DNA of 64,000 nucleotides from contig CAZALK010000001.1 in NCBI GenBank assembly GCA_964486045.1, positions 776,242-840,241 of the forward strand. Direction: 5' to 3'. Under the pieces are notes generated by a model. The model was not told the origin of the DNA, made no database searches, and worked only from the letters and a program-made list of their open reading frames with translations. The position numbers and the translations under genes are program-made. Positions 10,397-20,600 of this stretch are shown here, in pieces (positions within the stretch are counted from its first letter, which is position 1; each line of letters opens with the position of its first letter). Source of the DNA: an uncultured archaeon. Lineage in GTDB: Archaea > Asgardarchaeota > Lokiarchaeia > Sigyniarchaeales > SOKP01.

Positions 10397-10915
10397 GTGA
10401 GAACTATCAGAGAAGAAACAGATTATACTGAAGCGATCGAGACCTATAAAAACGAGCCGTTTATTATTTTAGAACCATGGGGTAGGAGTATTGACCATTT
10501 ACGCCTAACAATCATAGGAAAAAAAGGAACTCCCTATGGAGGAGGAAAATTTGTATTTGAAATTAAATTTCCAGAAAATTATCCATTCGCACCCCCTTAC
10601 GCTTATGCTGTTACTTTAATGTGGCATCCAAATATAGACTCCTCAATTCCTCCTGGAAAGCTTAATATATGCTTGGATCTTATTAATCCGGATTTAGTTG
10701 GGAAGGTAGATGCAAGTACCGGAGCTTCAGGGTGGACTCCGAGTAAAACATTAACAAATATAATAGAAGCTTTAAAAGGTATGATGCACTATGAAGCTCC
10801 CTTCTTTAATCCAGGAGATCCACTAAACCATGAGGCTGGAGAACAGTATTTTCGAGCTTTAAAGAAGTTCGAATCTAAGGCTGCGGCATGGTGTAAGAAG
10901 TATGCAATGGACTAA
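10397..10915 (+). CDS. ubiquitin-conjugating enzyme E2
   Basis: GTPYGGGKF, FPENYPFAPP, WHPNI, ICLDL (catalytic Cys codon 10670-10672), WTPSKTL, DPLNHEAG. Confidence 0.95.
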   Translation: MRTIREETDYTEAIETYKNEPFIILEPWGRSIDHLRLTIIGKKGTPYGGGKFVFEIKFPENYPFAPPYAYAVTLMWHPNIDSSIPPGKLNICLDLINPDLVGKVDASTGASGWTPSKTLTNIIEALKGMMHYEAPFFNPGDPLNHEAGEQYFRALKKFESKAAAWCKKYAMD

Positions 10916-11414
10916 AAAGAGGCTGTTGTAAACAACCGAAACACGTATCTGAGCAATCTATCTAATAAACCAATATTTTAATCTATTTATTTTCTTAAAA
11001 AGTTTTTAGGAATTGAAATATATGCCACAACATGAAGGAAACCATTCAATGATTATTTTCTATTTTTATTTTCTATTTTTATTTTCTAAGTAAATAATTA
11101 ATTGATTCAAGAACTTACATTTCCCTCTCTTTAATAGAGTGTTTGGGAATATATTTATTATTTTTTATATTATTTTTTTTATAAAACTTTGACTGATTAC
11201 TTTTAGGAACTTTTTCTTTTTTCTGCTCTTTGCCTGATCCGGTTGACCTAAGCCTTTTCCCTTTATTTTTCCTCTGATAATTAGCGTTTTCTTCTATTAA
11301 GCTGGAAATAACTTCTACTATCTTATCAATTGTGGCGTTTTTTCAACCTGGATTTGTTTTATAACATAAATCTTTTTAAAAATAATTTGATTCTACAAAA
11401 TATCAGATTTAAAA

Positions 11415-12296
11415 GTGAAATTATTGCTCAAAAAATCAAAGGGATTAAAAGCTAATTATATCGATTTAAATAAATTTGATATATCTTTATTCAAAGGAGT
11501 TTTAGCAGAAAAAGCATCAAAAATAATACCAAAGATGTTTGCAGGTATTCAAAAAGCCCGAAGAGATTACAAAGAAGAATTGAAAAGCCCTCTATCAGAG
11601 AATCAAAAAGCACACCCGGAGTTGTGGGATGAAATTGTTGAAAAGTCTCAATCTTTTGGAATAGATCTTATTGGTTTTACCCCCATTGATGAAAATTTAA
11701 TCTTCGAAAAAGATTATGTAGGAGGAATTGAATTATTATACAAAAACGGAATTGTATTAGGAATGGAAATGGATTATGATGCAATCAACACTGCTCCCGA
11801 TCCCCCTGCTGGTTTAGAATCTCTTAGGATTTATGCTGAATTAGGAGATGCTACGAACAAATTAGCAGATTTTATAAGATCTAAAGGCTTTAGAGCTATT
11901 GCTTGTCATCCATTAGGTGGGCCCATTCTTTATCCTGCTATGGCAGTTAAAGCAAATATAGGGAGAATAGGAAGACAAGGGCTCTTAATCACTAAAAAAT
12001 TTGGTCCTAGACAAAGATTATCCTTGATTTCAGTAAATGCTTGGCCACTTCCGGAGAATCAAGATGACACATTTGAAATTTCGGAGTATTGCGCGAAATG
12101 TAGACGATGCATTAATTTTTGTCCTGTAAAAGCTATTATGGAAGAACCAGTTGTAAATGATGATGGAACAATAACTCGTATCAATAGTGACAAATGTTTT
12201 GAGTATTTTTACGAAACTACTGGATGTTCAGTATGCATAGAAAAATGTCCATTTCATAAAACTGGGTATCAAGTAATGTATTATAGGCGATTATAA
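11415..12296 (+). CDS. QueG/reductive-dehalogenase-like cobalamin and 2x[4Fe-4S] protein
   Basis: GIDLIGFT, AVKANIGRIGRQGLLITKKFGPRQRL, CAKCRRCINFCPVKAI, C...CSVCIEKCPF. Confidence 0.8.
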   Translation: MKLLLKKSKGLKANYIDLNKFDISLFKGVLAEKASKIIPKMFAGIQKARRDYKEELKSPLSENQKAHPELWDEIVEKSQSFGIDLIGFTPIDENLIFEKDYVGGIELLYKNGIVLGMEMDYDAINTAPDPPAGLESLRIYAELGDATNKLADFIRSKGFRAIACHPLGGPILYPAMAVKANIGRIGRQGLLITKKFGPRQRLSLISVNAWPLPENQDDTFEISEYCAKCRRCINFCPVKAIMEEPVVNDDGTITRINSDKCFEYFYETTGCSVCIEKCPFHKTGYQVMYYRRL

Positions 12297-12326
12297 ATAA
12301 ACATTATAATTTAAGATAAAAGAATC

Positions 12327-12944
12327 ATGAAGAGCGTATCATTTAAAGGCAAAAAAGTTATTGTTTTTGATCTGGATGGTACAATTGTAAGATTGTCTGT
12401 AGAATGGGTATCTTTAAAGAACAAATTAATGAACGATTATTCAAAAATATATGACGAAAGTTGCTTCTTTAAGAGTGTCTCTGCTTGTTTAAATAAAGTC
12501 GTGGAAAGAAGTGATAATCATGTTTTAGAGTCTTTTTTTAAGATTATTCGTAAATATGAAATAGAGAAGATACAAGAAACTCAGCTTATAGAAGAATCTG
12601 TTTTTTTTATTAAAAATAAAGAGTTATTTGGGGTAAAGGAAAATACTAAATTGACTATCTTATCTCTTAATGCAAGAAGAACAATAATTTCTTCTTTAAA
12701 ACTGGCAAAAATACGTAGTAAATTTGATTTTATTATAGGAAGAGAAGATGTAAGAAAGTGGAAACCAAACCCAGAGGGACTTTTAAAAATTCAAAATCAT
12801 TATAAAGTAAGGAAGGGAGAAATGATATACTTCGGAGATTTAAGGAAAGACATTTTAACAGGGGAAAACGCAAGGATCGATACCTTTCTTATAAACGATT
12901 TAATAAGTTTAGTAAGTAAAAAAAGCGATTTCAAGAATAATTGA
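12327..12944 (+). CDS. HAD-superfamily hydrolase
   Basis: FDLDGT (motif I), KPNPEG (motif III), GD...D (motif IV). Confidence 0.9.
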   Translation: MKSVSFKGKKVIVFDLDGTIVRLSVEWVSLKNKLMNDYSKIYDESCFFKSVSACLNKVVERSDNHVLESFFKIIRKYEIEKIQETQLIEESVFFIKNKELFGVKENTKLTILSLNARRTIISSLKLAKIRSKFDFIIGREDVRKWKPNPEGLLKIQNHYKVRKGEMIYFGDLRKDILTGENARIDTFLINDLISLVSKKSDFKNN

Positions 12945-12947
12945 AAA

Positions 12948-14531
12948 TCACATAAATGCTATTACAACATTATATTTTTTAATTTCTGATTCTGCTAAAG
13001 CTTTACCTAAAGGACTTAAAGTTATAATATCGTTGCTCTTTATTTTTAAGGAGGTTAGTTTGATATTGGGGTCTTTTAATGAAGGCATATAAGGATTCCA
13101 ATAAATTTCTTTAGTCATGGAGTTAGTTATCATCCATAATTCAGGATCTAACTTGTGTTCTGAAATTTCCATTGCTTTAAAAATGTAATCGACATCTGCA
13201 TCAAAAGGCACAACAATTTGAACATTTTCTTCACCTTCAATTTCCCCACAAGCAAGACAGTCATCTCTTTTTAGAATATGTAGGTGATCAAATTGGCCAT
13301 AGATCCCATTGTAATTGACATATGGAGGTTCCATGGGTGCACCAATATTTCGACCATTGACTCTGAATAGAAGTTTAAGTGCCTCTTGGGATTCAATACT
13401 AGAGATAATAGAACTAACTGTTTGGATTGCTGGTATTTTATTTCCGAGGATATTCTCCATTTCTTCAAATTTGTAATCAGGACCGAATGTTTCATTGATG
13501 TTTGCCTTCCAATCTGCAGTCTCTTTTTCAGTTAGGGATAGTCGTTCTTCTTCTGCTACATTTTCATTGAATACTCGTTCCCGTAGTTTTTCCAATTCTC
13601 CTTGGGCAATTTCTTTTAATTTAAGCACTTCATCGTTTAGATTGAGATCTGGTTTATGTCCATATTTTTTTTCGAATTCAACCTCCGCTTTTATAACACA
13701 GTGATTTCGATTGCGCGGTAGTCCTTTTAAAGTACATGCAGCAACTAATTTATCGTCAGCAGGGGGTATAGGTACTAAACACCTATAACATGGAGTTTGA
13801 TCTAAAATCTCAGGAGCGTACTTCCAGTCAAACACCATCTCAATTTCTTTCCTAAACTTTTCTATTAAAGGATTTATTTCCCTTTCCTTGATTCGTCCAA
13901 TTTCTTCTTCTAATTCATCAATTCTTCTTTGAGCTTTAAAATATTCAGGATATTCCATTTCTGTAATGTCCCATAATCTTGTTTCAACTAAATTCTTGAT
14001 TTCCCTTTCCCTATTTTTATATTCTATCTTGGAATCTTTAGGAATTACAACTTGAACATGCCCTTCAAAGCCTACAGTTCCCCCCTCTACCATTGGTTTT
14101 TTCATTCTAAGACAGATTTTGTTCAAGTCTAGTCTTGCATTAAAATTATCTAAAGCTGCAATTACCACATCTGATTCTTCATAAGCGGACATTGGTAATT
14201 TTTGAAGTTTTTCAAAATAAAAATCAATCTTTACGTATGGATTCATTTCTTTCAATCGTTCAGCTGCAACTTCTGCTTTCGGTCGTCCTTCATCTCCAGG
14301 TCTGAAGAGCATTTGCCGTGATAAATTTGAAGTCTCTATTGTGTCTAAATCGATCAAAATAAGCTTACCAATACCCATCAGTGTGAAGTCCTTAGCAATT
14401 TCGCATCCCAACGCTCCGATTCCTACAATCATAATGCAGCCATTTGAGATAACTTCTTGATCCCAACCATCGATGAGTTGTTGTCTTGCATACATTCGTG
14501 ACTTAACAATATCTTCAATCTTTTCTGTCAT
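12948..14531 (-). CDS. ubiquitin-like-protein activating enzyme E1 (ThiF adenylation domain, catalytic-Cys domain, C-terminal ubiquitin-fold domain)
   Basis: YARQ, GIGALG, DLDTIETSNLSRQMLF, ALDNFNAR, Zn pairs CYRC and CLAC, ACTLKGLPRNRNHC, KIPAIQTVSSII. Confidence 0.9.
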   Translation of the reverse strand: MTEKIEDIVKSRMYARQQLIDGWDQEVISNGCIMIVGIGALGCEIAKDFTLMGIGKLILIDLDTIETSNLSRQMLFRPGDEGRPKAEVAAERLKEMNPYVKIDFYFEKLQKLPMSAYEESDVVIAALDNFNARLDLNKICLRMKKPMVEGGTVGFEGHVQVVIPKDSKIEYKNREREIKNLVETRLWDITEMEYPEYFKAQRRIDELEEEIGRIKEREINPLIEKFRKEIEMVFDWKYAPEILDQTPCYRCLVPIPPADDKLVAACTLKGLPRNRNHCVIKAEVEFEKKYGHKPDLNLNDEVLKLKEIAQGELEKLRERVFNENVAEEERLSLTEKETADWKANINETFGPDYKFEEMENILGNKIPAIQTVSSIISSIESQEALKLLFRVNGRNIGAPMEPPYVNYNGIYGQFDHLHILKRDDCLACGEIEGEENVQIVVPFDADVDYIFKAMEISEHKLDPELWMITNSMTKEIYWNPYMPSLKDPNIKLTSLKIKSNDIITLSPLGKALAESEIKKYNVVIAFM

Positions 14532-14653
14532 TCAAAAAATCCTCAATTTTTTTAGATATACTAATAATTTAATTATCAAAATTTAAACTCTTTTAGATGA
14601 AATTAAAAGGGTGATTACTTCTAAAATAGTTAACTACTTTAGGAATAAGTGAA

Positions 14654-17600
14654 TTATTTTTTTTTTTTTTCCCCCGCCTCTTTAATCAATCTTTTTAAGT
14701 TATTTACTTCTTCTCTCTCTTTAGACTTTTGTAATTTTTCTTTAAATCCTGCTTCATCTTCCTCTCTTTTTCCTAATTCATGAATGAGTTCTTCTTTAAT
14801 TTTTATTAACTCCCCTACTTTTATACGAAAATCCTTAGATTCCTCTAAAATCTTTATTTTTTCTTGTTCTTCAATTAATTTTTTATTTAATCTCCTTTCT
14901 TCAATCAGTCTAGTTATTTCATCAGCAGATTGACGAACCTCACCAATAGTTCCTTTTAACTTTAGTTCTTCAGTTTTAATTCTATCTTCTTCTCTTTTTC
15001 TTTGTCGTTCTAATTGTTCTTGAATCTCATTGATCCTAATTTCTTCAGCTTTAACTCTTTCTTCCATTACTTTCATATTTTTAATCTCTGTTTCTATGTA
15101 TTTTATTTCTTCATGCCAGCCTATTTCTTCAAATTTTAGTATAGCTTGATCATAATTATCGTTGGCTTTTTTAAAATCATGATACGCTGCTTTTTTTTTT
15201 CCTTCATCAATTAATCTTAAACCTTCATCTTTTGTTTGATCTGAACGTCGCTTAGTTAACAGTAATGCTCTATATTGCCTTTCCTGCTCTCGTTTTAACT
15301 TTTCTTGTTCCAATCTTCTTAATCTGACTTCTTCCTGAAATATCTCATATTCCTTTTGTCTTTCTATTTGCGCAACTTCCTCTAATTGTTTCTTTTCATA
15401 ATAATTAGTTTGTTCTTGTTGTAAATCTCTTATTAGTGCATTCAAATTATTAATCTCGGGTTCCCATCCAATATTTTCTTCTAAAATATTCCTAGCTAGA
15501 ATATATAATGAAATTGCTTTGTCATAGTCAGGGATAGATTGTTTTAAATATTTTCCTGCTTCTTCTAAGAAGGAATAAGCTGATTCTCTTATATTCATTT
15601 GTTTCTGAATAACTTTTTCTCTTTCTTGAACAACTAACAGATGAGCTTTTTTCTTTTCCCTTTCTAGTCTTTGTCTTTCTTCAATTAATAACTGTAAGTC
15701 CTTTTCTTCTTGTATCTTTTCTAATTCTCTCTGAAATTTTAATTCTTCAGTCTTTTCTTTTTCCTTCATAATTAGTTTAACTTTAGTCACCATAGTATTA
15801 ATCGAATCGGTAGGAAAATTGATTTCATTTAAAATAAGCTCTGCCTTTCTATACATTTCGATTGCATGTTGATATTGGGTTTGTTTAAGATGAGATTCCG
15901 CTTTATTTAAAATTTTAAACGCTTGTTGTTTTCTCTCTTCCATCATTGACTTTCTTCGATCACTTTCTTCTAATTGTATTTTTTTTGCTAGTAATCGTTC
16001 TCTTTCAACCTTTGCTATTTCGGTAACCTTTTGCTGTAATTTCCATTCATCTTTATCCTTCTGTAGATAAAATTCAAAGGTTTTTTGTTTTTGCAGTTGA
16101 GATTCATTTTTTCTTTCTAGAACCTTTTGAATCATTTCTCTAATACCCTCAGTTGGGAATCTAATCTCGTTAAGGATTATTTCTGCTGAATAATAATATT
16201 TTAAAGCTTTATCATATTGAGCTTGATTCAAGTAATTTTCAGCAACTTCAAGAAAGTTAAAAGCCTCATTTCTTCTTTTTTCGTTATACTGATGTCTTTC
16301 CCTCTGCTTTTCGTATTCAATTTGTTTAGTTTTTGTCTTTAACTCACTAATTTTTATACCTTCCCGGATTTTTTGCTGGAACTCTCCTTCTTCGCGTTTT
16401 TTTTGAAGTAAAATCTCCAAGTGCTTTTGCTTTCTTAATTTATTTTCTCTATTTCTATCATGAACCTTGTAAATCATTTCTTTAACTGCTCCTGAAGGGA
16501 ATCCTATTTCACTTAAAAATAATTCTGCTTGGCGATATTTATCAATTGCCTCTTCATATTGACCTTTAATTAAATCCTTTTCAGCATCGTCCATTAAACT
16601 AAATGCCTTTGTTTTTTGGTGTTCTAACAAATTTGACAAATCTTCACGTTTTAGAATTTCAATTTGTTGTTTTCGTAATCTTTCTTTTTCTCTTTGAATA
16701 TTACGATTGATACTTGCTTGGAATTTCTCCTCTTCCTTTTGCTGCTCACTTAATAAGTGTTGTTCCCTTTCTTTCTTCTTTTCTATCTCTCTTTTTCGAT
16801 CATTAATAATATCTATAGTTTCATAGAATAATTTCAAATATTCTCCAGTCCACCCAATTTCTGTTAATATTACTATAGAATTATTGTATTTTGTCAAAGC
16901 GTTATCAAAATTATTATCTTTAAGCAATCTATCTCCATCTTCAATTAGTTTAAATGCTTCCTCTTGTTTAATTAAATTTTGGGTTGAAGTAAGTTTTTTT
17001 CTTTCTCTAAATTGTACCTCCTTTATTGCTATTTCTTTTTCTCGTTGTTGTTGTTGATCTATTTTTTCTAAGAAATCAAATCGAGCTTTATCATCTTCTA
17101 TTGCCTTTTCTAACGATCTCTGTTTCAATAAATCGTTTTCCCTTTTCTTGCTTTGAATACCTAGAATTGTTTCCTGAATGATAGGGATTTCATCAATCCA
17201 TTGGATTTGAGCAAAAATATTTGTTACCTCAAAATAAATTTCCAACGCCTTATCATAATTCGTCTGTGAGAGAAAAATTTGAGCATCATCTAATAATTTA
17301 AAGGCATATTCTTTTTGTTTCTCACGATAAGCAAGTTCTTTCTCTCGGTTCCTTAGAACAATTTGTTTATGCTTTAAATCTTCTTGCTGGATCCTTATCT
17401 CTTTTGAAATTTGTTCCTGAAAAGATTTTTCCAACTTTTCTTGTTCTAAAACTTCACTTAAATCTCTCTGCTTTTTTAATTCTGCCTTCCGCTTCCTTTC
17501 TTCAATTACATTTATGGCGTTTTCGATTAACTTTATTTCATCACCCCATTCAATTTCTTCAAAAAGTACTGTGGCATTTTGATATAGCTTTAGTACCTCG

Positions 17601-20600
17601 TTAAAATTACCTTTTTCCAAATGAGATTGTGCTATTTCTAATATGTTGAAGGCTTTCTCTTTCTTCTGTTCAGTTATTAGTCTAATGTCTTCCTGTTTTT
17701 TCAGTTTTTCCTGCTTTTCAATCATTTTTTGCTGTTCTATTCTAACTTTTTCAACAATTTGTTGTTGAAATATCAACTCCTCCTGTTCCTTCCTAGTCTC
17801 TAGCTCCAATTGCGTTATAATGTTTAACTCCTCGGTTCTCCTTTTTTCCTGAATTTTCTGAATCATTCCTTGTATAATTTCAGCTGGAAAACCAATTTCA
17901 TTTAGCAACAATTCAGCCTGTCGATATTTTTTTATTGATTGGTCATATTTACCTTGGTTCAATAAATTTTCTGCATTGGTCATAATTCCAAATGCTTCTG
18001 ATTTACGAGTTTCAATGCTTGATAATGTTATCTCGCGTTTTTGTAGTAGAATTTCTTTAGATTTAATTTTTTCTTGTTCTTTTTTCAAATAATCGGCTAT
18101 TTTTGCTTGAAATTGCTCTTCTTCTTTCTGATGATTCAAAGCTAATTTAAATTCAGTTTGGTGTGCTTTTTCTTTTTCTGACTTCCTCTCTTGTATAGTG
18201 CCAATCGTATCATTTAAGATTTTTAAGTAGTGTGTTCCCCACCCAATTTTATTTAATAATTCTATGGCTTCACGATAATTTTTTAAGGCTTCATCATAGT
18301 TTTCTTCGATAAGTAACGCTTCTCCTGCTTCAATCAGTTTAAACGCTTCTTGTTCTTGAGTTAAATTCTGATCAGATATAAATTTCTCCCGTTCCAGGAA
18401 TTTAAACTCCTTTATAGCATCCATCCTTTCTCTTTCTCTATGATATTTAACTTGCTCTACAAAAGCCCTTTCCTTAACCTCCTTCTTAATAGCTTTTCGT
18501 AACTGCTTTTGTTTATATAATATTCTTTCTTTCTTTTTCTTCTCAATATCTTGTATTGCTTGTGTTAATAATGGAATCTCATCTACCCATTGAATTTGGG
18601 TAAATATGCTTATTACTTTATGATAATTTTCAAGAACTTCATCGTAATTTCCTTGCGAAACTAATATTTGAGCATTTTCTAACAAATTAAACGTTTCTTT
18701 TTTTCTTTCTTCACGATAAGCAAGTTCTTTTTCTCTTTCTCTATGTATAATCTCTTTTTGTTTTAATTTATCTTGGTGTGATTTTAACTCTTTTGTTAGC
18801 TGTTCTTGAAAATTTTTTTCTTGCTTATCTCTTTCTAAGTCTGCTTGTATTTTGATCTGCTCCTGTAATGCTGCTTCTCGTTTTTTATTTTCAATTTCTA
18901 TTATTGAATTTTGAATTAAGCTAATTTCATCTTTCCATTGAGCATCAGCAAAGAAGTTAATAGAGTATTGCAATATTTCGATAGATTCGTCATATTTTCC
19001 TTTAGATGCTTCTTCTTTTGCTTGTTCAAGTAACTTAAATCCTGCTTTCCTTCTTTCTTCTTGATATTCTAAATCTTCTGCTCGTTCTTTTAATTCAATC
19101 TCTTTTTTCTTTATTTTTTCACGTTCTTGTTGTAAATTTTTAATAATTTGCATTTGAAAAGCGTCTTCTTCCCTCTGTCTTTCAATGGCTTCCTGCACCT
19201 GTTTTTGTTCTATTAATTTTTGATTTTTTCGTAACTCTTCAACTTCTAAAATTGAATTTTCAATTACTGCTATTTCATCTTTCCACTGAATTTCTGCAAA
19301 AATATTTCCTGCATTTTGATATGCTATAATTGTATTTTCATATTCTCCCTTTTTTATGAAATTGAGAGCAGAATCTAAATATTCGAATGCAACCTTTTTT
19401 CTCTGCTGAAAATAAATCAATTCTTTTTCTTTATCCTTTAATATAATCTCTTTTTGTTTTATACGCTTACGTTCCTTGTTTAACTGATTAACAATCTGAA
19501 TTTGAAATTCTAATTCTGATTTTTCTCGCTCCTCTAATTTCTGCTGAACTTCATATTGTTTCTTAAATTGTGAATTTTTAATTTTTTTGACATTTGAAAT
19601 CGTGTTATTGATTGTAGAAATATATGTTTCCCATCCAGGTCCTAAGTTTTCAATTAGATTTAGAGCTTCATTGTATTCACTAATGGCATCGTCATAATGT
19701 TTTGCTCGTAAGATGGTATCAGCATTACTTAAAATATTAAATAGTTCTTTCTCCTTCTTAGCTTCTCCAATTCTTTTTTCTTCATGCAGACTTCTTCTCG
19801 AATCTAGTTCCTTAGCTGATTCTAATATTTGCTCTTGTTGTTTTCTAGATATAGATTTCTGAAGATTTTTTAAATCTCTTTCCCTCCTTTGTCTCAACAA
19901 TACTGCATTCTTTTCTCGATCCTTCTTCTTTGTTATGTCTTCTATTAAATTAATAATTGGATGGATATATGAATCCCAATCTATGGATTTAAATAATTCA
20001 ATGGCGTTCTCAAATTTTTGAATAGCTTGATCATAATTTTTCTCCATTTCGAGTCGTTTACCAATATCTATGAGATTAAATGCATCATTTTGAATAGCTT
20101 CCTCTTTTTTCTTTTTTTCTTCAAATTTAATTAACCTTTCTTTCCCTAACTCCGATTCGGATTGTTTAGTTTTCTCCACAATAATTTTTCCTTCTATTTC
20201 GGTAACTGCTTGTTTCTGCTGAGATTGGAATTTTTCAAATTGATCTTTGTCTTTTTTAAGCTTTTCAATAATAACATTTATTTTTTTAGTTTGTTCATTC
20301 CAACCAATCGAATTCAACAATTCTATAGCTCTTTCATAATTCATTATCGCTTGATCATATTTTCTTTCTTTTTCAAAGATTTTTGCTTTATCAATATGAG
20401 CAAATGCATGGTCTTGTTTTTCTTCTTCTTGTTTTTTCCTTGATCTATATCGAGCTATAGATTCCGCTTTATCAACGCTTGTTTTTTGCCCGAACATATC
20501 CACAATTTCAATGTTTTTATCCTCTAATCCCTTTAGATATTCCTCAGATTGACTCAAGTCTTGAGGTTGTTTCAATTTCGTTAGTTGTTCTCTTTTTGAA

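Noticed and set aside
11200-11370. Minus-strand frame CYKTNPG-UGA-KNATIDKIVEVISS..., considered as a possible selenoprotein
   Set aside because: A TAA lies a few codons upstream with no start codon, no selenoprotein family is recognisable, and I see no convincing SECIS.
10100-14650. A small ubiquitin, RING E3 or JAMM gene near E1/E2
   Set aside because: I found no Gly-Gly-ending beta-grasp ORF or RING pattern in the intergenic gaps by eye. A very divergent one cannot be excluded.
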